Assembly: GCA_947085925.1 (NCBI GenBank)
Contig: CAMTYI010000030.1
Location: forward strand, 1-42,367
Direction of reading: 5' to 3'
From: an uncultured Gammaproteobacteria bacterium
Lineage (GTDB): Bacteria > Pseudomonadota > Gammaproteobacteria > Ga0077554 > Ga007554
Length of the DNA: 42,367 nucleotides
In this document: positions 11,757 through 23,131 of the stretch, piece by piece
Numbering within the stretch: position 1 is the first letter of the stretch
Layout: every line of letters begins with the position of its first letter
Notes under the pieces: generated by a model
Told to the model about the DNA's origin: nothing
Seen by the model: only the letters and a program-made list of their open reading frames with translations
The model's database searches: none
Position numbers and translations under genes: made by a program

Positions 11757-13156
11757 GACGCATCAAACGTATTCATTTTGTAGGCATCGGCGGCGCAGGC
11801 ATGAGTGGCATCGCGGAGGTGCTGCATAACCTGGGCTATCAGGTGTCCGGTTCGGATGTACATGAGAATGCCGCAACGCGCCGCCTGGCAGAGTTGGGTG
11901 TTTCCCTCTCGCTGGGCCACAGTGCGGAGTGCATCAACGGGTGCGACGTGGTGGTGACCTCCACCGCCGTGCGCGCCGATAATCCCGAGGTGATCGAGGC
12001 GCAGCGTTTGCGTATCCCGGTGGTGCCGCGTGCCGAAATGCTTGCCGAACTGATGCGTTTCCGCCAAGGCATTGCAGTGGCGGGCACTCACGGCAAAACC
12101 ACCACCACCAGCCTGGCCGCCAGTCTGCTCGCCGAGGGCGGACTGGATCCCACCTTTGTGATCGGTGGACGGCTCAACAGCGCTGGCGCCAACGCCCGTC
12201 TCGGCGCGGGCCAATATCTGGTGGCCGAGGCCGACGAGAGCGACGCATCATTTTTGTATTTACAGCCGATGATTGCCGTGGTGACCAACATCGACGCCGA
12301 CCATATGGAGACCTACGGTGGCGATTTCGGGCGGCTGCGCCAGACCTTTGTCGAGTTTCTGCACCACCTGCCCTTTTACGGGCTGGCGGTGTTGTGCCTG
12401 GATGATCCGGTGGTGCGCCAGATCCTGCCGCAGGTGACACGTCCGGTGATTACCTATGGCATCGGTGAGGATAGCGGCGCGGATATTTTCGCCAGCGATA
12501 TTCGCCAGGAGCAGGATCGCACCTACTTCACCGTGTCCCGCCCCGGTCAACGCGATTGGTTGACGGTCACCGCGAATCTGGCGGGCCGCCACAATGTGCT
12601 CAACGCCTTGGCGGCGATAGCCATCGCTCATGAAGTGGATGTTGCTGATGATGCGATTCTGCGCGGTCTGGCAGGGTTCCAGGGCGTCGGGCGGCGTCTC
12701 CAGAATTACGGCGAGATCGACACCCCTGCGGGCAGCGTGCTGATGATCGACGATTATGGTCATCATCCGCGCGAGGTCGCCGCCGTGGTGCAGGCGATTC
12801 GCGCCGGCTGGCCGGAACGTCGCCTGGTTGTAGCATTTCAGCCACATCGCTACACGCGCACCCGCGACCTGTTTGAAGACTTTTCCAAGGTGCTCTCCGA
12901 GGTGGACGTGCTGGCGTTGGTGGAGGTGTATCCCGCCGGTGAAGCGCCGATTGCCGGGGCCGACGGGCGCACGCTATGTCGTGCCATCCGGGCACGCGGC
13001 CATGCCGACCCCGTGTTCGTGGAACGTGTTGCCGAACTGCCGGAAACGCTGGCCGGGCTGCTGCGCAAGGGCGACATCCTGCTCACGCTGGGCGCAGGCG
13101 ACATCGGTGCAGCGGCGGCGAAATTGCCGAAGCAACTTAAAGACTTGATGACGTGA
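11753..13156 (+). CDS. murC: UDP-MurNAc:L-Ala ligase
   Basis: [33 protein letters not shown]; ATG 11753 overlaps the murG stop. Confidence 0.98.
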   Translation: MRRIKRIHFVGIGGAGMSGIAEVLHNLGYQVSGSDVHENAATRRLAELGVSLSLGHSAECINGCDVVVTSTAVRADNPEVIEAQRLRIPVVPRAEMLAELMRFRQGIAVAGTHGKTTTTSLAASLLAEGGLDPTFVIGGRLNSAGANARLGAGQYLVAEADESDASFLYLQPMIAVVTNIDADHMETYGGDFGRLRQTFVEFLHHLPFYGLAVLCLDDPVVRQILPQVTRPVITYGIGEDSGADIFASDIRQEQDRTYFTVSRPGQRDWLTVTANLAGRHNVLNALAAIAIAHEVDVADDAILRGLAGFQGVGRRLQNYGEIDTPAGSVLMIDDYGHHPREVAAVVQAIRAGWPERRLVVAFQPHRYTRTRDLFEDFSKVLSEVDVLALVEVYPAGEAPIAGADGRTLCRAIRARGHADPVFVERVAELPETLAGLLRKGDILLTLGAGDIGAAAAKLPKQLKDLMT

Positions 13157-13161
13157 TGGCA

Positions 13162-13201
13162 TACCCATGAAGGGCACAATGTACCCATGAAGGGCACAAT
13201 G
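13162..13201 (+). repeat. Two exact tandem copies of the 20-mer TACCCATGAAGGGCACAATG
   Basis: 13162-13181 equals 13182-13201; a 17/20 inverted copy lies at 41623-41642. Confidence 0.95.
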
Positions 13202-14104
13202 CACCACCAACCACCGGCCTTGCGCGGCACCCTGCTCCGTGATGAACCCATGGCGCGTCACACCACCTGGCGCGTGGGTGGTCCGGCCCGGCAGTTTTAT
13301 CAGCCCGCCGACATCGACGATCTGGCGTTGTTCCTGAGCCAGTTGCCGGAGAACGAACCGCTATTTTGGGTTGGTCTGGGCAGTAATCTGCTGGTGCGTG
13401 ACGGAGGCCTTAATGGCACCGTCATCATGATGGTCGGTGCGCTGGGCGGGTTGCAGCATGACGGCGTCACTGTGCGCGCCGAGGCGGGCGTGCCTTGCGC
13501 CAAAGTGGCCCGTTACTGTGCGCGCCAGGGGCTGGTGGGCATCGAGTTTTTCGCCGGGATTCCCGGCACGGTAGGCGGCGCCTTGGCGATGAACGCAGGC
13601 GCCTTCGGTGGCGAGACCTGGCCGCTGGTCGAATCGGTGGAGATCATTGATCACAAGGGTTTGCGCCTTATACGCAGACCGGACGAATACCACGTCGGCT
13701 ATCGCAGCGTCACCGGACCTGCGAGGGAGTGGTTCATCGCTGCGAATTTCAGGCTGCAAAGCGGCGACACCGAGGCCAGCCAGGCGCGTATCAAGGAATT
13801 GCTGGAGCAGCGCAACCGCACCCAGCCGACCAATCAGCCCAGTTGCGGATCTGTGTTCCGCAACCCGCCCGGCGATCATGCGGCGCGGTTGATCGAAGCC
13901 AGCGGCCTGAAAGGCATGCGCATCGGTGGCGCCTGCGTGTCCACCAAGCACGCCAATTTCATTGTGAATACAGGCAATGCCACGGCAGCGGACATCGAGA
14001 CATTGATCGCGCATGTAGCAGATGTGGTGGAGCGGGAACACGGCATTAGATTAATCCGGGAGGCGCACATTATCGGTGAGTGCCTCCCGTCAAAAGAGGT
14101 TTGA
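13187..14104 (+). CDS. murB: UDP-N-acetylenolpyruvoylglucosamine reductase
   Basis: HTTWRVGGPA, GLGSNLLV, GGALAMNAGA, GSVFRNP, KHANFIVN; start 13187 or 13199, both inside the 20-bp repeat. Confidence 0.97.
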   Translation: MKGTMHHQPPALRGTLLRDEPMARHTTWRVGGPARQFYQPADIDDLALFLSQLPENEPLFWVGLGSNLLVRDGGLNGTVIMMVGALGGLQHDGVTVRAEAGVPCAKVARYCARQGLVGIEFFAGIPGTVGGALAMNAGAFGGETWPLVESVEIIDHKGLRLIRRPDEYHVGYRSVTGPAREWFIAANFRLQSGDTEASQARIKELLEQRNRTQPTNQPSCGSVFRNPPGDHAARLIEASGLKGMRIGGACVSTKHANFIVNTGNATAADIETLIAHVADVVEREHGIRLIREAHIIGECLPSKEV

Positions 14105-14107
14105 GTC

Positions 14108-15025
14108 ATGACGCGCAAGACCAATAATCCAGCGGATTTCGGCAAAGTCGCGGTACTGCTGGGCGGCCGGTCGGCCGAGCGCGAGGTTTCGCTGATGAGC
14201 GGCAACGCCGTGCTTGCCGGATTGCGCAACCGCGGTGTCGACGCCCATCCCTTCGATCCCGCCGAGCGTGATCTGGCTGAGCTGCGCGGCTATGACCGCG
14301 CCTTCATCATTTTGCACGGACGCTACGGTGAGGATGGCACCCTCCAGGGCGCGCTGGAGCTGATGGATATTCCCTATACCGGCAGCGGCGTGCTGGCGAG
14401 TGCGCTGGCGATGGACAAGTGGCGTACCAAGCTGGTGTGGCAGGCCGCAGGCGTGCCTACGCCGCGCTATATCCTGCTGGAAGAAGGCTTCGACCCCGAG
14501 GCCGTCGTGCATCAGCTTGGACTGCCGATTTTCGTCAAACCGGCTACCGAGGGATCCAGCATCGGTATCGCCAAGGTGACGCGTGCCGATCAGCTTGTAG
14601 AGGCCTGGCAGGCGGCGTCGCAATACGACAGCCTGGTGCTCGCGGAACAGTTTATCGAAGGGCAAGAGGTGCAGTTCCCCATCCTGGGCGATTGTGTGTT
14701 GCCTTCGATCCGTATCGAAACACCGTGTGAGTTCTATGATTACCAGGCCAAGTATATCCGCGACGACACGCGCTACTACTGCCCGGGTCTTCCCGCCGAT
14801 GAGGAGAGCCGTCTGCACGATATCGTGTTGCGCGCCTTCCGCGTGCTGGGGTGCCGAGGTTGGGCGCGAGTGGATCTCATCATCGACCGCCAGGGCAATC
14901 CGTATTTTCTGGAGATGAATACCTCGCCCGGCATGACCAGCCACAGCCTGGTGCCGATGGCGGCCCGTGTGGCCGGAATCGAATTTGACGAGTTGGTGTG
15001 GCGGGTATTGGAAGCAACATTGTAA
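14108..15025 (+). CDS. ddl: D-alanine--D-alanine ligase
   Basis: [36 protein letters not shown]. Confidence 0.97.
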   Translation: MTRKTNNPADFGKVAVLLGGRSAEREVSLMSGNAVLAGLRNRGVDAHPFDPAERDLAELRGYDRAFIILHGRYGEDGTLQGALELMDIPYTGSGVLASALAMDKWRTKLVWQAAGVPTPRYILLEEGFDPEAVVHQLGLPIFVKPATEGSSIGIAKVTRADQLVEAWQAASQYDSLVLAEQFIEGQEVQFPILGDCVLPSIRIETPCEFYDYQAKYIRDDTRYYCPGLPADEESRLHDIVLRAFRVLGCRGWARVDLIIDRQGNPYFLEMNTSPGMTSHSLVPMAARVAGIEFDELVWRVLEATL

Positions 15026-15055
15026 TCGAGTCAAGGAAAGAGATTTTTAACGAAT

Positions 15056-15823
15056 ATGTTTGGCAAACGCACGCCTAAAACCAATCGACGCATTGAGCCG
15101 GCTCGTACCGACGGCGACTGGCGAGCGCGCATCAATGCCCGTCTGATCGTCATGGCGGCGCTGGGCGTGACCTTGTGCGGATTGGCGGCATGGGGCTGGG
15201 TGAAGCTGGATGATCCGCGCACCTTGCCGATCGCGGCGGTGAAGGTTGAAGGCCAATTTCATCACCTGAGCACGCAACAGTTGCAGCAGGCGGCCGCCGC
15301 GTATACGGCGGGAGGGTTTTTCAATGTCGATGTCGATGCGGTCAGAGATGCCGTGCTGCGCTTGCCATGGGTGAATGCCGTCAGCGTGCGTCGTGTCTGG
15401 CCGGATACGCTGCAAATTGCCGTCGTGGAACATTTGCCCGTGGCGCGTTGGGGCAGCGGCGGGCTGGTCAACAGCCAGGGCGCACTGTTCTTTCCGCCTG
15501 CGGCGAGTTATCCCGCAGGGTTGCCCGAGCTGCAGGGGCCGCAAGGCAGCGAGACCGTGGTCGCCGCGCGTTACAGGGATATGGACAAGACCCTAAAGCC
15601 GCTTGCGCTGCATGTCAGCCGCGTATCGCTGGATGATCGCCGTTCCTGGCGTATCGAGTTGGATAACGGCGCCTTGTTGGTGTTGGGCCACGTTGCGGAC
15701 GATGCGCGCCTGACGCGGTTTGCACGCATCTATCCGATAGCCCTCGCGGCACGCGCGGCGGATATCGGCGAGGTGGATCTGCGTTACACGAACGGATTTG
15801 CAGTGCGCTGGAAGAAGGTATGA
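15056..15823 (+). CDS. ftsQ: Cell division protein FtsQ
   Basis: TM plus POTRA region (LPWV...VRRVWPD), C-terminal DLRYTNGFAVRW. Confidence 0.95.
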   Translation: MFGKRTPKTNRRIEPARTDGDWRARINARLIVMAALGVTLCGLAAWGWVKLDDPRTLPIAAVKVEGQFHHLSTQQLQQAAAAYTAGGFFNVDVDAVRDAVLRLPWVNAVSVRRVWPDTLQIAVVEHLPVARWGSGGLVNSQGALFFPPAASYPAGLPELQGPQGSETVVAARYRDMDKTLKPLALHVSRVSLDDRRSWRIELDNGALLVLGHVADDARLTRFARIYPIALAARAADIGEVDLRYTNGFAVRWKKV

Positions 15824-15840
15824 AGCGGAGTGGCGAAAAT

Positions 15841-15863
15841 GTAGGGCGGGTTGGCAACCCGCC
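15841..15863 (+). repeat. Single GTAG-type REP
   Basis: GTAG followed by perfect palindrome GGCGGGTTG-G-CAACCCGCC, intergenic ftsQ-ftsA. Confidence 0.7.
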
Positions 15864-15912
15864 AGGCGTTGCGCAGCAACACAACGGGTTTAATCAAGGG
15901 TAAAAGATTTAA

Positions 15913-17148
15913 ATGTCCAAGAAGTCTGACAAAGATTTGATCGTAGGTCTCGATATCGGCACCTCCAAGGTGGTGGCGATAGTGTGCGAGATTACGCCAG
16001 AGGGGAAGGTCGATATCATCGGTATCGGCTCGCACCCGTCACGCGGCCTGAAGAAGGGCGTGGTGGTAAATATCGAGTCCACCGTGCAATCCATCCAGCG
16101 CGCCGTGGAAGAGGCCGAGCTGATGGCGGGTTGCCAGATTCACTCCGTCTATGCGGGCATCGCAGGCAGTCACATCCGCAGCCTCAATTCGCATGGCATC
16201 GTGGCAATCCGCGATCAGGAAGTGACACAGGCCGATGTCGATCGCGTTATCGACGCCGCGCGCGCGGTAGCGATTCCTGCCGACCAGAAGATCCTGCATA
16301 TCCTGCCGCAGGAATTTATTATCGACCACCAGGAAGGCATCCGCGAACCCATCGGCATGTCGGGCGTGCGCCTTGAGGCCAAGGTACACATCGTTACTGG
16401 CGCGGTGAGCGCGGCGCAGAATATCGAGAAATGCGTGCGACGCTGCGGCCTGGAAGTGGACGACGTCATCCTCGAACAGCTCGCATCCAGCTACGCGGTA
16501 TTGACCGAAGATGAAAAAGAGTTGGGCGTGTGTCTGGTAGATATTGGCGGCGGCACCACGGACATCGCCATATTTACCGACGGCGCGATTCGCCATACGG
16601 CGGTGATACCCATCGCCGGCGATCAGGTGACCAATGATATTGCCGTGGCGCTGCGCACGCCCACCCAGTTTGCCGAGGACATCAAGATCAAATACGGTTG
16701 CGCGTTACGGCAACTGGCCAGCGTCAATGAAACCATCGAAGTGCCCGGCGTCGGCGAGCGCCCATCGCGCCGTCTGGCGCGTCAGACCCTCGCCGAGGTG
16801 ATAGAGCCGCGCTATGAAGAGTTATTGAGTCTGGTTCAGGCCGAGCTGCGCCGCAGTGGATTTGAAGGCTTGATTGCTGCCGGCATCGTGCTGACCGGCG
16901 GCACGTCCAAGATGGAAGGCGTGGTCGAACTTGCAGAGGAAATTTTCCACATGCCGGTACGCCTGGGTGTTCCGCAGAATGTCGTGGGGCTGGTGGATGT
17001 AGTGCGCAATCCGATTCATGCCACGGGTGTCGGGCTGTTGCTGTTCGGTTGCCAGCAGCGTCATGGGCGTGGCGGCGAGGCGAAGGTGAAAGAGGGCGTC
17101 AAGAACATGTGGGATAGGATGAGGGGCTGGTTTCAGGGGAGTTTTTAG
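15913..17148 (+). CDS. ftsA: Cell division protein FtsA
   Basis: GLDIGTSKV, VDIGGGTTD, VLTGG actin-like motifs. Confidence 0.98.
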   Translation: MSKKSDKDLIVGLDIGTSKVVAIVCEITPEGKVDIIGIGSHPSRGLKKGVVVNIESTVQSIQRAVEEAELMAGCQIHSVYAGIAGSHIRSLNSHGIVAIRDQEVTQADVDRVIDAARAVAIPADQKILHILPQEFIIDHQEGIREPIGMSGVRLEAKVHIVTGAVSAAQNIEKCVRRCGLEVDDVILEQLASSYAVLTEDEKELGVCLVDIGGGTTDIAIFTDGAIRHTAVIPIAGDQVTNDIAVALRTPTQFAEDIKIKYGCALRQLASVNETIEVPGVGERPSRRLARQTLAEVIEPRYEELLSLVQAELRRSGFEGLIAAGIVLTGGTSKMEGVVELAEEIFHMPVRLGVPQNVVGLVDVVRNPIHATGVGLLLFGCQQRHGRGGEAKVKEGVKNMWDRMRGWFQGSF

Positions 17149-17180
17149 CAGCCTGTCGGACTTAGGTCGACAGGCTGCTA
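17146..17180. repeat. TA-flanked 13-bp inverted repeat, probable collapsed MITE
   Basis: TAGCAGCCTGTCG-9 nt-CGACAGGCTGCTA; no U tract; includes the ftsA stop. Confidence 0.65.
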
Positions 17181-17262
17181 GGTTCAAGAGTTTGGCCACG
17201 GAGCTTGTGGTGTCTCCGTGGTAATGGCGATTCAACGGCGGGTTATTTTAGGAGATAAAGTC

Positions 17263-18483
17263 ATGTTTGAACTAATGGATGCATACAGTCAAAACGCAGT
17301 TATCAAGGTCATTGGTGTGGGTGGTGGTGGCGGCAACGCTGTTGAACATATGGTGCTGGCGAGCATTGATGGCGTCGATTTCATCTGCGCCAACACCGAC
17401 GCTCAGGCACTGAAAAATTCCTCTGCACGCACCGTGCTGCAACTGGGCGGCAGCATGACCAAAGGGCTGGGCGCAGGCGCCAATCCCGATGTCGGCAGGC
17501 AGGCGGCGCTGGAGGACCGTGACCGCATCATGGAGCTGATCGAAGGGACCGACATGCTGTTTATCACCGCCGGCATGGGTGGTGGCACCGGCACCGGCGC
17601 TGCACCCATCGTGGCGCAGATCGCAAAGGAAATGGGTATCCTGACCGTGGCAGTGGTGACCAAGCCGTTCCCCTTCGAAGGCGCCAAGCGTATGAAGGTA
17701 GCGCAAGCCGGTATTCGGGAGCTGGAGCAGCATGTCGATTCGCTGATCACCATCCCCAACGAAAAACTGCTCTCCGTACTGGGCAAGGGCGTATCCCTGC
17801 TCGACGCGTTCAAGTCGGCGAACAACGTCCTGCTGGGCGCAGTGCAAGGTATCGCGGAACTGATTACCCGTCCCGGCCTGATCAACGTCGACTTTGCCGA
17901 CGTGCGCACCGTGATGTCCGAGATGGGCATGGGCATGATGGGCTCAGGCTCCGCCAGCGGTGATGATCGCGCAAGACGCGCCGCCGAGGCTGCCGTCGCC
18001 AGCCCGCTGCTGGAAGACATCAATTTGTCCGGCGCGCGTGGCATTCTGGTGAACGTCACCGCCGGTCTGGACATGTCCATTGGTGAGTTTGAAGAGGTCG
18101 GCAATATCATCAAAGAGTTCGCATCGGAGAACGCCACCGTGGTAGTGGGTACGGTCATTGATCCTGACATGGTGGCTGGCGAGCTGCGCGTCACCGTGGT
18201 CGCAACCGGGCTGGGTGGACGTGAGGAGATTACCGAGAAGCCGGTCAAGCTGGTTTACCAGAGTGTTGCCGGATTGAGCGCCGGGCACAGCAGTGCGCAG
18301 AGCGGTTACGCCAGCGACCAAAACGCAGGGTTTGGCATGGGCGACATTGATTACGGCAAGCTGGACCGTCCAACAGTGATGCGCAACCAGGCCGTGTCCG
18401 GGCGTCATGCGCAGGCGATTAATCTGGATTCCAATCTGGACTACCTGGATATCCCCGCGTTTCTGCGCCGCCAGGCGGATTGA
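17263..18483 (+). CDS. ftsZ: Cell division protein FtsZ
   Basis: [27 protein letters not shown]-terminal [12 protein letters not shown]; ATG 17263 follows AGGAG. Confidence 0.99.
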   Translation: MFELMDAYSQNAVIKVIGVGGGGGNAVEHMVLASIDGVDFICANTDAQALKNSSARTVLQLGGSMTKGLGAGANPDVGRQAALEDRDRIMELIEGTDMLFITAGMGGGTGTGAAPIVAQIAKEMGILTVAVVTKPFPFEGAKRMKVAQAGIRELEQHVDSLITIPNEKLLSVLGKGVSLLDAFKSANNVLLGAVQGIAELITRPGLINVDFADVRTVMSEMGMGMMGSGSASGDDRARRAAEAAVASPLLEDINLSGARGILVNVTAGLDMSIGEFEEVGNIIKEFASENATVVVGTVIDPDMVAGELRVTVVATGLGGREEITEKPVKLVYQSVAGLSAGHSSAQSGYASDQNAGFGMGDIDYGKLDRPTVMRNQAVSGRHAQAINLDSNLDYLDIPAFLRRQAD

Positions 18484-18645
18484 ACGGCTGTGCTGGCCGG
18501 AGTTCCGGCCAGTTGACAGGCTTGTTTTTACTAGGCAGGGCTTCATGCGCTGTGATAACATGACGCCAAAGAAGGTTTACGGCGCCCCTCTATAAATGGC
18601 GGGGCAAGGTGGGCTATCGTGTATGGATATCGTGGTATTGTTAAC

Positions 18646-19560
18646 ATGATCAAGCAGCGCACTTTAAAAAACGTCATCAGGGCCACAGGCGTCGGTTTGC
18701 ATACCGGTGAAAAGGTCTACCTGACACTCCGGCCCGCCGCCATCGATGCGGGCATTGTGTTTCGTCGCGTGGATCTTGATCCGCCGGTAGAAATCCACGC
18801 CTCGCCGGACAACGTCGGCGATACCCGTTTGTCCACAACGCTGGGCAGCGGTGCCGCGTCCGTTTCCACCGTGGAGCATCTGTTGTCGGCGCTGGCGGGT
18901 CTGGGTATCGACAATGCCTATATCGACATCAGCGCGCCTGAGGTGCCGATCATGGATGGCAGCGCCGGTCCCTTCGTGTTCCTCATCCAGTCCGCTGGCG
19001 TGGTAGAGCAGAATGCGCCCAAGCGCTTCATTCGCATCAAGGAGTCCGTGCTTGTCCAGGATGGCGACAAGTGGGCCAGATTCGATCCTTTTGACGGCTT
19101 CAAGGTTTCGTTCAGCATTGATTTCGATCACCCTGCCTTCAAGGGGCGTCCTCAGGAAGTGGTTGTGGATTTTTCCACGACCTCGTTTGTCAAGGAAGTC
19201 AGCCGTGCCCGCACCTTCGGTTTTATGCGCGACATAGAGATGCTGCGCAAAAATAAACTGGCATTGGGTGGCAGCCCCGATAACGCGATTGTCGTGGACG
19301 ACTACCGCATTCTCAATGAAGATGGCCTGCGTTACGAGGACGAGTTTGTCAAGCACAAGGTGCTGGACGCGGTAGGCGACCTCTACCTGCTGGGGCACAG
19401 CCTGATCGGCGCGTTCAGCGGCTACAAGTCGGGGCACCAATTGAATAATCGTTTGTTGCGTGCGCTGATGGCCAGGGAAAACGCCTGGGAGCTGGTGACT
19501 TTTGAAGACGGCAACAAGTCAGCCCCCATATCGTTCCTGCAGCCAGTGACAGCGGGTTGA
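18646..19560 (+). CDS. lpxC: UDP-3-O-acyl-GlcNAc deacetylase
   Basis: [33 protein letters not shown]. Confidence 0.98.
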   Translation: MIKQRTLKNVIRATGVGLHTGEKVYLTLRPAAIDAGIVFRRVDLDPPVEIHASPDNVGDTRLSTTLGSGAASVSTVEHLLSALAGLGIDNAYIDISAPEVPIMDGSAGPFVFLIQSAGVVEQNAPKRFIRIKESVLVQDGDKWARFDPFDGFKVSFSIDFDHPAFKGRPQEVVVDFSTTSFVKEVSRARTFGFMRDIEMLRKNKLALGGSPDNAIVVDDYRILNEDGLRYEDEFVKHKVLDAVGDLYLLGHSLIGAFSGYKSGHQLNNRLLRALMARENAWELVTFEDGNKSAPISFLQPVTAG

Positions 19561-19615
19561 ATAATTTAAATCAATAAAATGAAATCGTAGGGTGCGTCCT
19601 ACATATGTTGGCGAA

Positions 19616-20071
19616 TTAACTGTGCTTTCCATGCCGTGCCAGACGGTGCAGCGCGGCTTGGAGTTTGGGGTGGGTGATGGCATCGGCCATGCTGTCAAGC
19701 AGGCTGGCGGCGTCCCCGGACATATGCGCGCGCCTTGGTTTTTCTGCCGGGGCGGCGACCATGCTGGCGGGCCTGACCTTGATGTCAATGCCGCGCAGAC
19801 TCTGCAAGGCGGGGGTTTTTTGTAGTTGTGCAAGCATGACGGGCACGCTATAACGCAACTTCAGCGCCCAGGCGGAAGAGTCGGCATGCAATACCAGCGT
19901 ATCACCCCGGATGTTTGCGACTTGACAGTGCTGGTTTAGCGGCGGCGGAAGCTGGTTACGTAAAACATGGCTCAACTGTTCCAGCCGCTTGGCGCGTGCA
20001 AGCAGCGGCTGTAGTATGTCATGGCTTCCCGCCAGCAGGCCAGCTACGCGTTTAGGTGTCTTGATTGGCAT
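19616..20071 (-). CDS. dciA: DUF721/DciA family helicase-loading protein
   Basis: HCQVANIRGDTLVLHADSSAWALKLRY and C-terminal L..ALHRLA; antisense position between lpxC and secA. Confidence 0.85.
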   Translation of the reverse strand: MPIKTPKRVAGLLAGSHDILQPLLARAKRLEQLSHVLRNQLPPPLNQHCQVANIRGDTLVLHADSSAWALKLRYSVPVMLAQLQKTPALQSLRGIDIKVRPASMVAAPAEKPRRAHMSGDAASLLDSMADAITHPKLQAALHRLARHGKHS

Positions 20072-20145
20072 GTTTTTTTAATAGATGGTGATGTAAACGA
20101 AAACATAACATAGACTGGGAGCCTTTATCCTGGGAGTCTACCTAA

Positions 20146-20291
20146 GAAACTGTTCACAATCTCGATCAAGGGATGCAGTGCAGTGCAAGGCAAAATCGAA
20201 CGAAAAAGCGGAGCATACATGAAGTATGTGAGCATTTTGAGTTCGATTTTAACGCAGCAATGCGCCCTTCAGCGAGATTGTGAACAGTTTC
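20146..20291. mobile_element. 146-bp MITE (RPE1-like palindromic element)
   Basis: Perfect 19-bp TIRs GAAACTGTTCACAATCTCG / CGAGATTGTGAACAGTTTC; TAA duplicated on both sides; central CATAC-ATGAA-GTATG hairpin. Confidence 0.9.
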
Positions 20292-20349
20292 TAAGTCAGA
20301 CAGACTTCTAGCTCCTTCCCCCATCCTCCGTTTCTGAATTGATTATCCC

Positions 20350-23058
20350 ATGGTCACCAAATTCCTGAGCAAAATTTTTGGCAGCCGCAATGAGCGGCTC
20401 GTAAAAGCCATGCAAAGCACTGTGGCGCGCATTAACGCACTCGAACCTCAGTATACCGTCCTATCCGATGACGCGTTGCGCGCCAAGACGGAAGAGTTCC
20501 GGCAGCGACTTGCCAAGGGCGAGGCACTGGATGCCTTGTTGCCGGAGGCCTTCGCCACGGTGCGCGAGGCGGGCAAGCGTGTCATGAACATGCGTCACTT
20601 CGATGTGCAATTGGTCGGCGGTATGACGCTGCATGACGGCAAGATTGCCGAGATGCGCACCGGCGAGGGTAAAACCCTGGTCGGAACGCTCCCTGTCTAC
20701 CTGAATGCCCTGGTGGGCAATGGCGTGCATGTGGTGACGGTCAATGATTACCTGGCGCGCCGTGACTCCGCCTGGATGGGCAGGCTCTATGGCTTCCTGG
20801 GGCTGACCACGGGCGTAATTCTCTCCGGGCAGGATTCCACCGCCAAGCGTGAGGCGTATGCGGCAGACATCACTTACGGCACCAATAACGAGTTCGGTTT
20901 TGACTATCTGCGCGACAACATGGCGTTCAGTCCCGCCGACCGCGTGCAGCGCCCCCTGCATTATGCGGTGATTGACGAGGTCGATTCGATCCTGATCGAC
21001 GAGGCACGCACGCCGCTGATTATCTCCGGCCCTGCCGAAGACAGCTCGGATATGTACAAAAAGATCAATGTACTTATCCCCAATCTGACCAAGCAGGACG
21101 TGGAGGAAGGGCCGGGTGACTATTCCGTCGACGAAAAGGCGCGGCAGGTCTATCTCACCGAGGAAGGCCACGCGCAGGCCGAGGAATTGTTGCTGAATGC
21201 CGGGCTGTTGCAGGAAGGCGAGAGCCTCTATGATGCCGCCAATATCAGCCTGATGCATCACCTGAATGCCGCCTTGCGCGCGCATGTGCTCTATCACCGC
21301 GATGTCGAATACATCGTGCGGGACGGTGAAGTGATCATCGTCGACGAATTCACGGGCCGCATCATGCCGGGCCGCCGCTGGTCCGATGGCTTGCACCAGG
21401 CGGTAGAGGCAAAGGAAGGCGTGTCGATCCAGAACGAGAATCAGACGTTGGCGTCGATTACCTTCCAGAACTATTTCCGGCTTTACAACAAACTGTCTGG
21501 CATGACCGGCACGGCGGATACCGAAGCCTACGAATTCCAGCAGATCTATGGTCTGGAGGTGGTGGTTATCCCCACCAACCGGCCCATGATCCGCAAGGAT
21601 CACGGCGATCTGATTTATCTTACCGCCAAGGAAAAATTTGCCGCGATCATCGAAGATATCAAAGGGTGCCGGGAGCGTGGCCAGCCGGTGCTGGTGGGCA
21701 CGGCCTCAATTGAAGCATCCGAGCTACTGTCGCGCCTGCTTACCGAGCAAAAGATCAAGCATGAAGTGCTCAACGCCAAGCAGCATGACCGCGAGGCGGA
21801 GATCATAGCCCAGGCTGGACGCCCGGCGGCGGTGACCATCGCCACCAATATGGCGGGCCGTGGCACAGATATCGTACTGGGCGGTAGCCTGGAAGTGGAG
21901 ATGGCCGCGCTGAACGAGCCGGATGAGCAGGCCGTACAGCGGCTGCGCGATGAGTGGCAGGCACGCCATGAGCAGGTGCTGACGCTGGGCGGGTTGCACA
22001 TCATCGGCACCGAGCGCCACGAATCACGGCGCATCGACAACCAGTTGCGCGGTCGTTCAGGACGTCAGGGCGATGCCGGTTCGACACGATTTTACCTGTC
22101 ACTGGAAGACAACCTGATGCGCATTTTCGCCTCTGATCGCGTATCCGCAATCATGCAGAAACTGGGCATGGAGGAAGGCGAGGCGATTGAGCATCCCTGG
22201 GTCAGCAAGGCGATTGAAAACGCCCAGCGCAAGGTGGAAGGGCACAATTTCGATATCCGCAAGCAATTGCTGGAATACGACGATGTCGCCAACGATCAGC
22301 GCAAGGTGATTTATGAGCAGCGCAACCACCTGATGGAGTCGGAAGATGTGTCGGAAACCATTGCCGCGATACGTGCCGATGCGATGGGAGTCTTAATCAG
22401 CCAGTATATTCCGCCGCAAAGCCTTGACGAGCAGTGGGATATCCCTGGCTTGCAAGAGGCGCTGGAGGCGGAGTTCAGTCTGAAGCTTGATATTGCGGGA
22501 TGGCTGCATGCCGACGAAAACCTGCACGAAGAGACGCTGCGCGAGCGCATTCGCGATGAGGTGGAAAAGGCCTCTGCCGCCAAGGAAGTCGAGGCGGGCA
22601 GCCCCGTGATGCGCCATTTCGAAAAGGCGGTGATGCTGCAAGTGCTGGATACGCACTGGAAGGATCATCTGGCGGCGATGGATCACCTGCGTCAGGGCAT
22701 CCATCTGCGCGGCTATGCCCAGAAAAACCCCAAGCAGGAATACAAGCGCGAAGCCTTCGAGATGTTTGGCATGATGCTGGGCAACATCAAGCGCGAGGTG
22801 ATCAGCATCCTCTCCAGGGTACAGATACGCGCAGAAGAAGACGTACAGGCCGTCGAAGAGCAACGCCGTTCGCGCGCCCCCATGCATTTTGAACATGCGC
22901 AGATGAGTGCCATGACCACAGGCGAGGCAGACGAAGCTGCAATGGGTGAAGAACAGCACACCCCTGTCGTGCGCGAAGGCCGCAAGGTTGGGCGTAATGA
23001 ACCTTGCCCGTGCGGATCGGGCCAGAAGTATAAAAATTGTCATGGGAAGCTGGCGTAA
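20350..23058 (+). CDS. secA: Preprotein translocase ATPase SecA
   Basis: [39 protein letters not shown]-terminal [14 protein letters not shown]. Confidence 0.99.
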   Translation: MVTKFLSKIFGSRNERLVKAMQSTVARINALEPQYTVLSDDALRAKTEEFRQRLAKGEALDALLPEAFATVREAGKRVMNMRHFDVQLVGGMTLHDGKIAEMRTGEGKTLVGTLPVYLNALVGNGVHVVTVNDYLARRDSAWMGRLYGFLGLTTGVILSGQDSTAKREAYAADITYGTNNEFGFDYLRDNMAFSPADRVQRPLHYAVIDEVDSILIDEARTPLIISGPAEDSSDMYKKINVLIPNLTKQDVEEGPGDYSVDEKARQVYLTEEGHAQAEELLLNAGLLQEGESLYDAANISLMHHLNAALRAHVLYHRDVEYIVRDGEVIIVDEFTGRIMPGRRWSDGLHQAVEAKEGVSIQNENQTLASITFQNYFRLYNKLSGMTGTADTEAYEFQQIYGLEVVVIPTNRPMIRKDHGDLIYLTAKEKFAAIIEDIKGCRERGQPVLVGTASIEASELLSRLLTEQKIKHEVLNAKQHDREAEIIAQAGRPAAVTIATNMAGRGTDIVLGGSLEVEMAALNEPDEQAVQRLRDEWQARHEQVLTLGGLHIIGTERHESRRIDNQLRGRSGRQGDAGSTRFYLSLEDNLMRIFASDRVSAIMQKLGMEEGEAIEHPWVSKAIENAQRKVEGHNFDIRKQLLEYDDVANDQRKVIYEQRNHLMESEDVSETIAAIRADAMGVLISQYIPPQSLDEQWDIPGLQEALEAEFSLKLDIAGWLHADENLHEETLRERIRDEVEKASAAKEVEAGSPVMRHFEKAVMLQVLDTHWKDHLAAMDHLRQGIHLRGYAQKNPKQEYKREAFEMFGMMLGNIKREVISILSRVQIRAEEDVQAVEEQRRSRAPMHFEHAQMSAMTTGEADEAAMGEEQHTPVVREGRKVGRNEPCPCGSGQKYKNCHGKLA

Positions 23059-23075
23059 TCCATTTCATGTTTTGA

Positions 23076-23116
23076 CTCCCCCTCTCCCGCTTTGTGGGTG
23101 AGGGCCAGGGAGAGGG
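23076..23116. repeat. CCCCTCTCCC-type intergenic palindromic repeat
   Basis: CCCTCTCCCGC-TTT-GTGGGTGAGGG hairpin followed by GGGAGAGGG; a common proteobacterial REP-like family. Confidence 0.6.
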
Positions 23117-23131
23117 CCGGAGGGCGAAAGA

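Noticed and set aside
18513-18545. TTGACA upstream of lpxC as a -35 box
   Set aside because: No acceptable -10 at 16-18 bp
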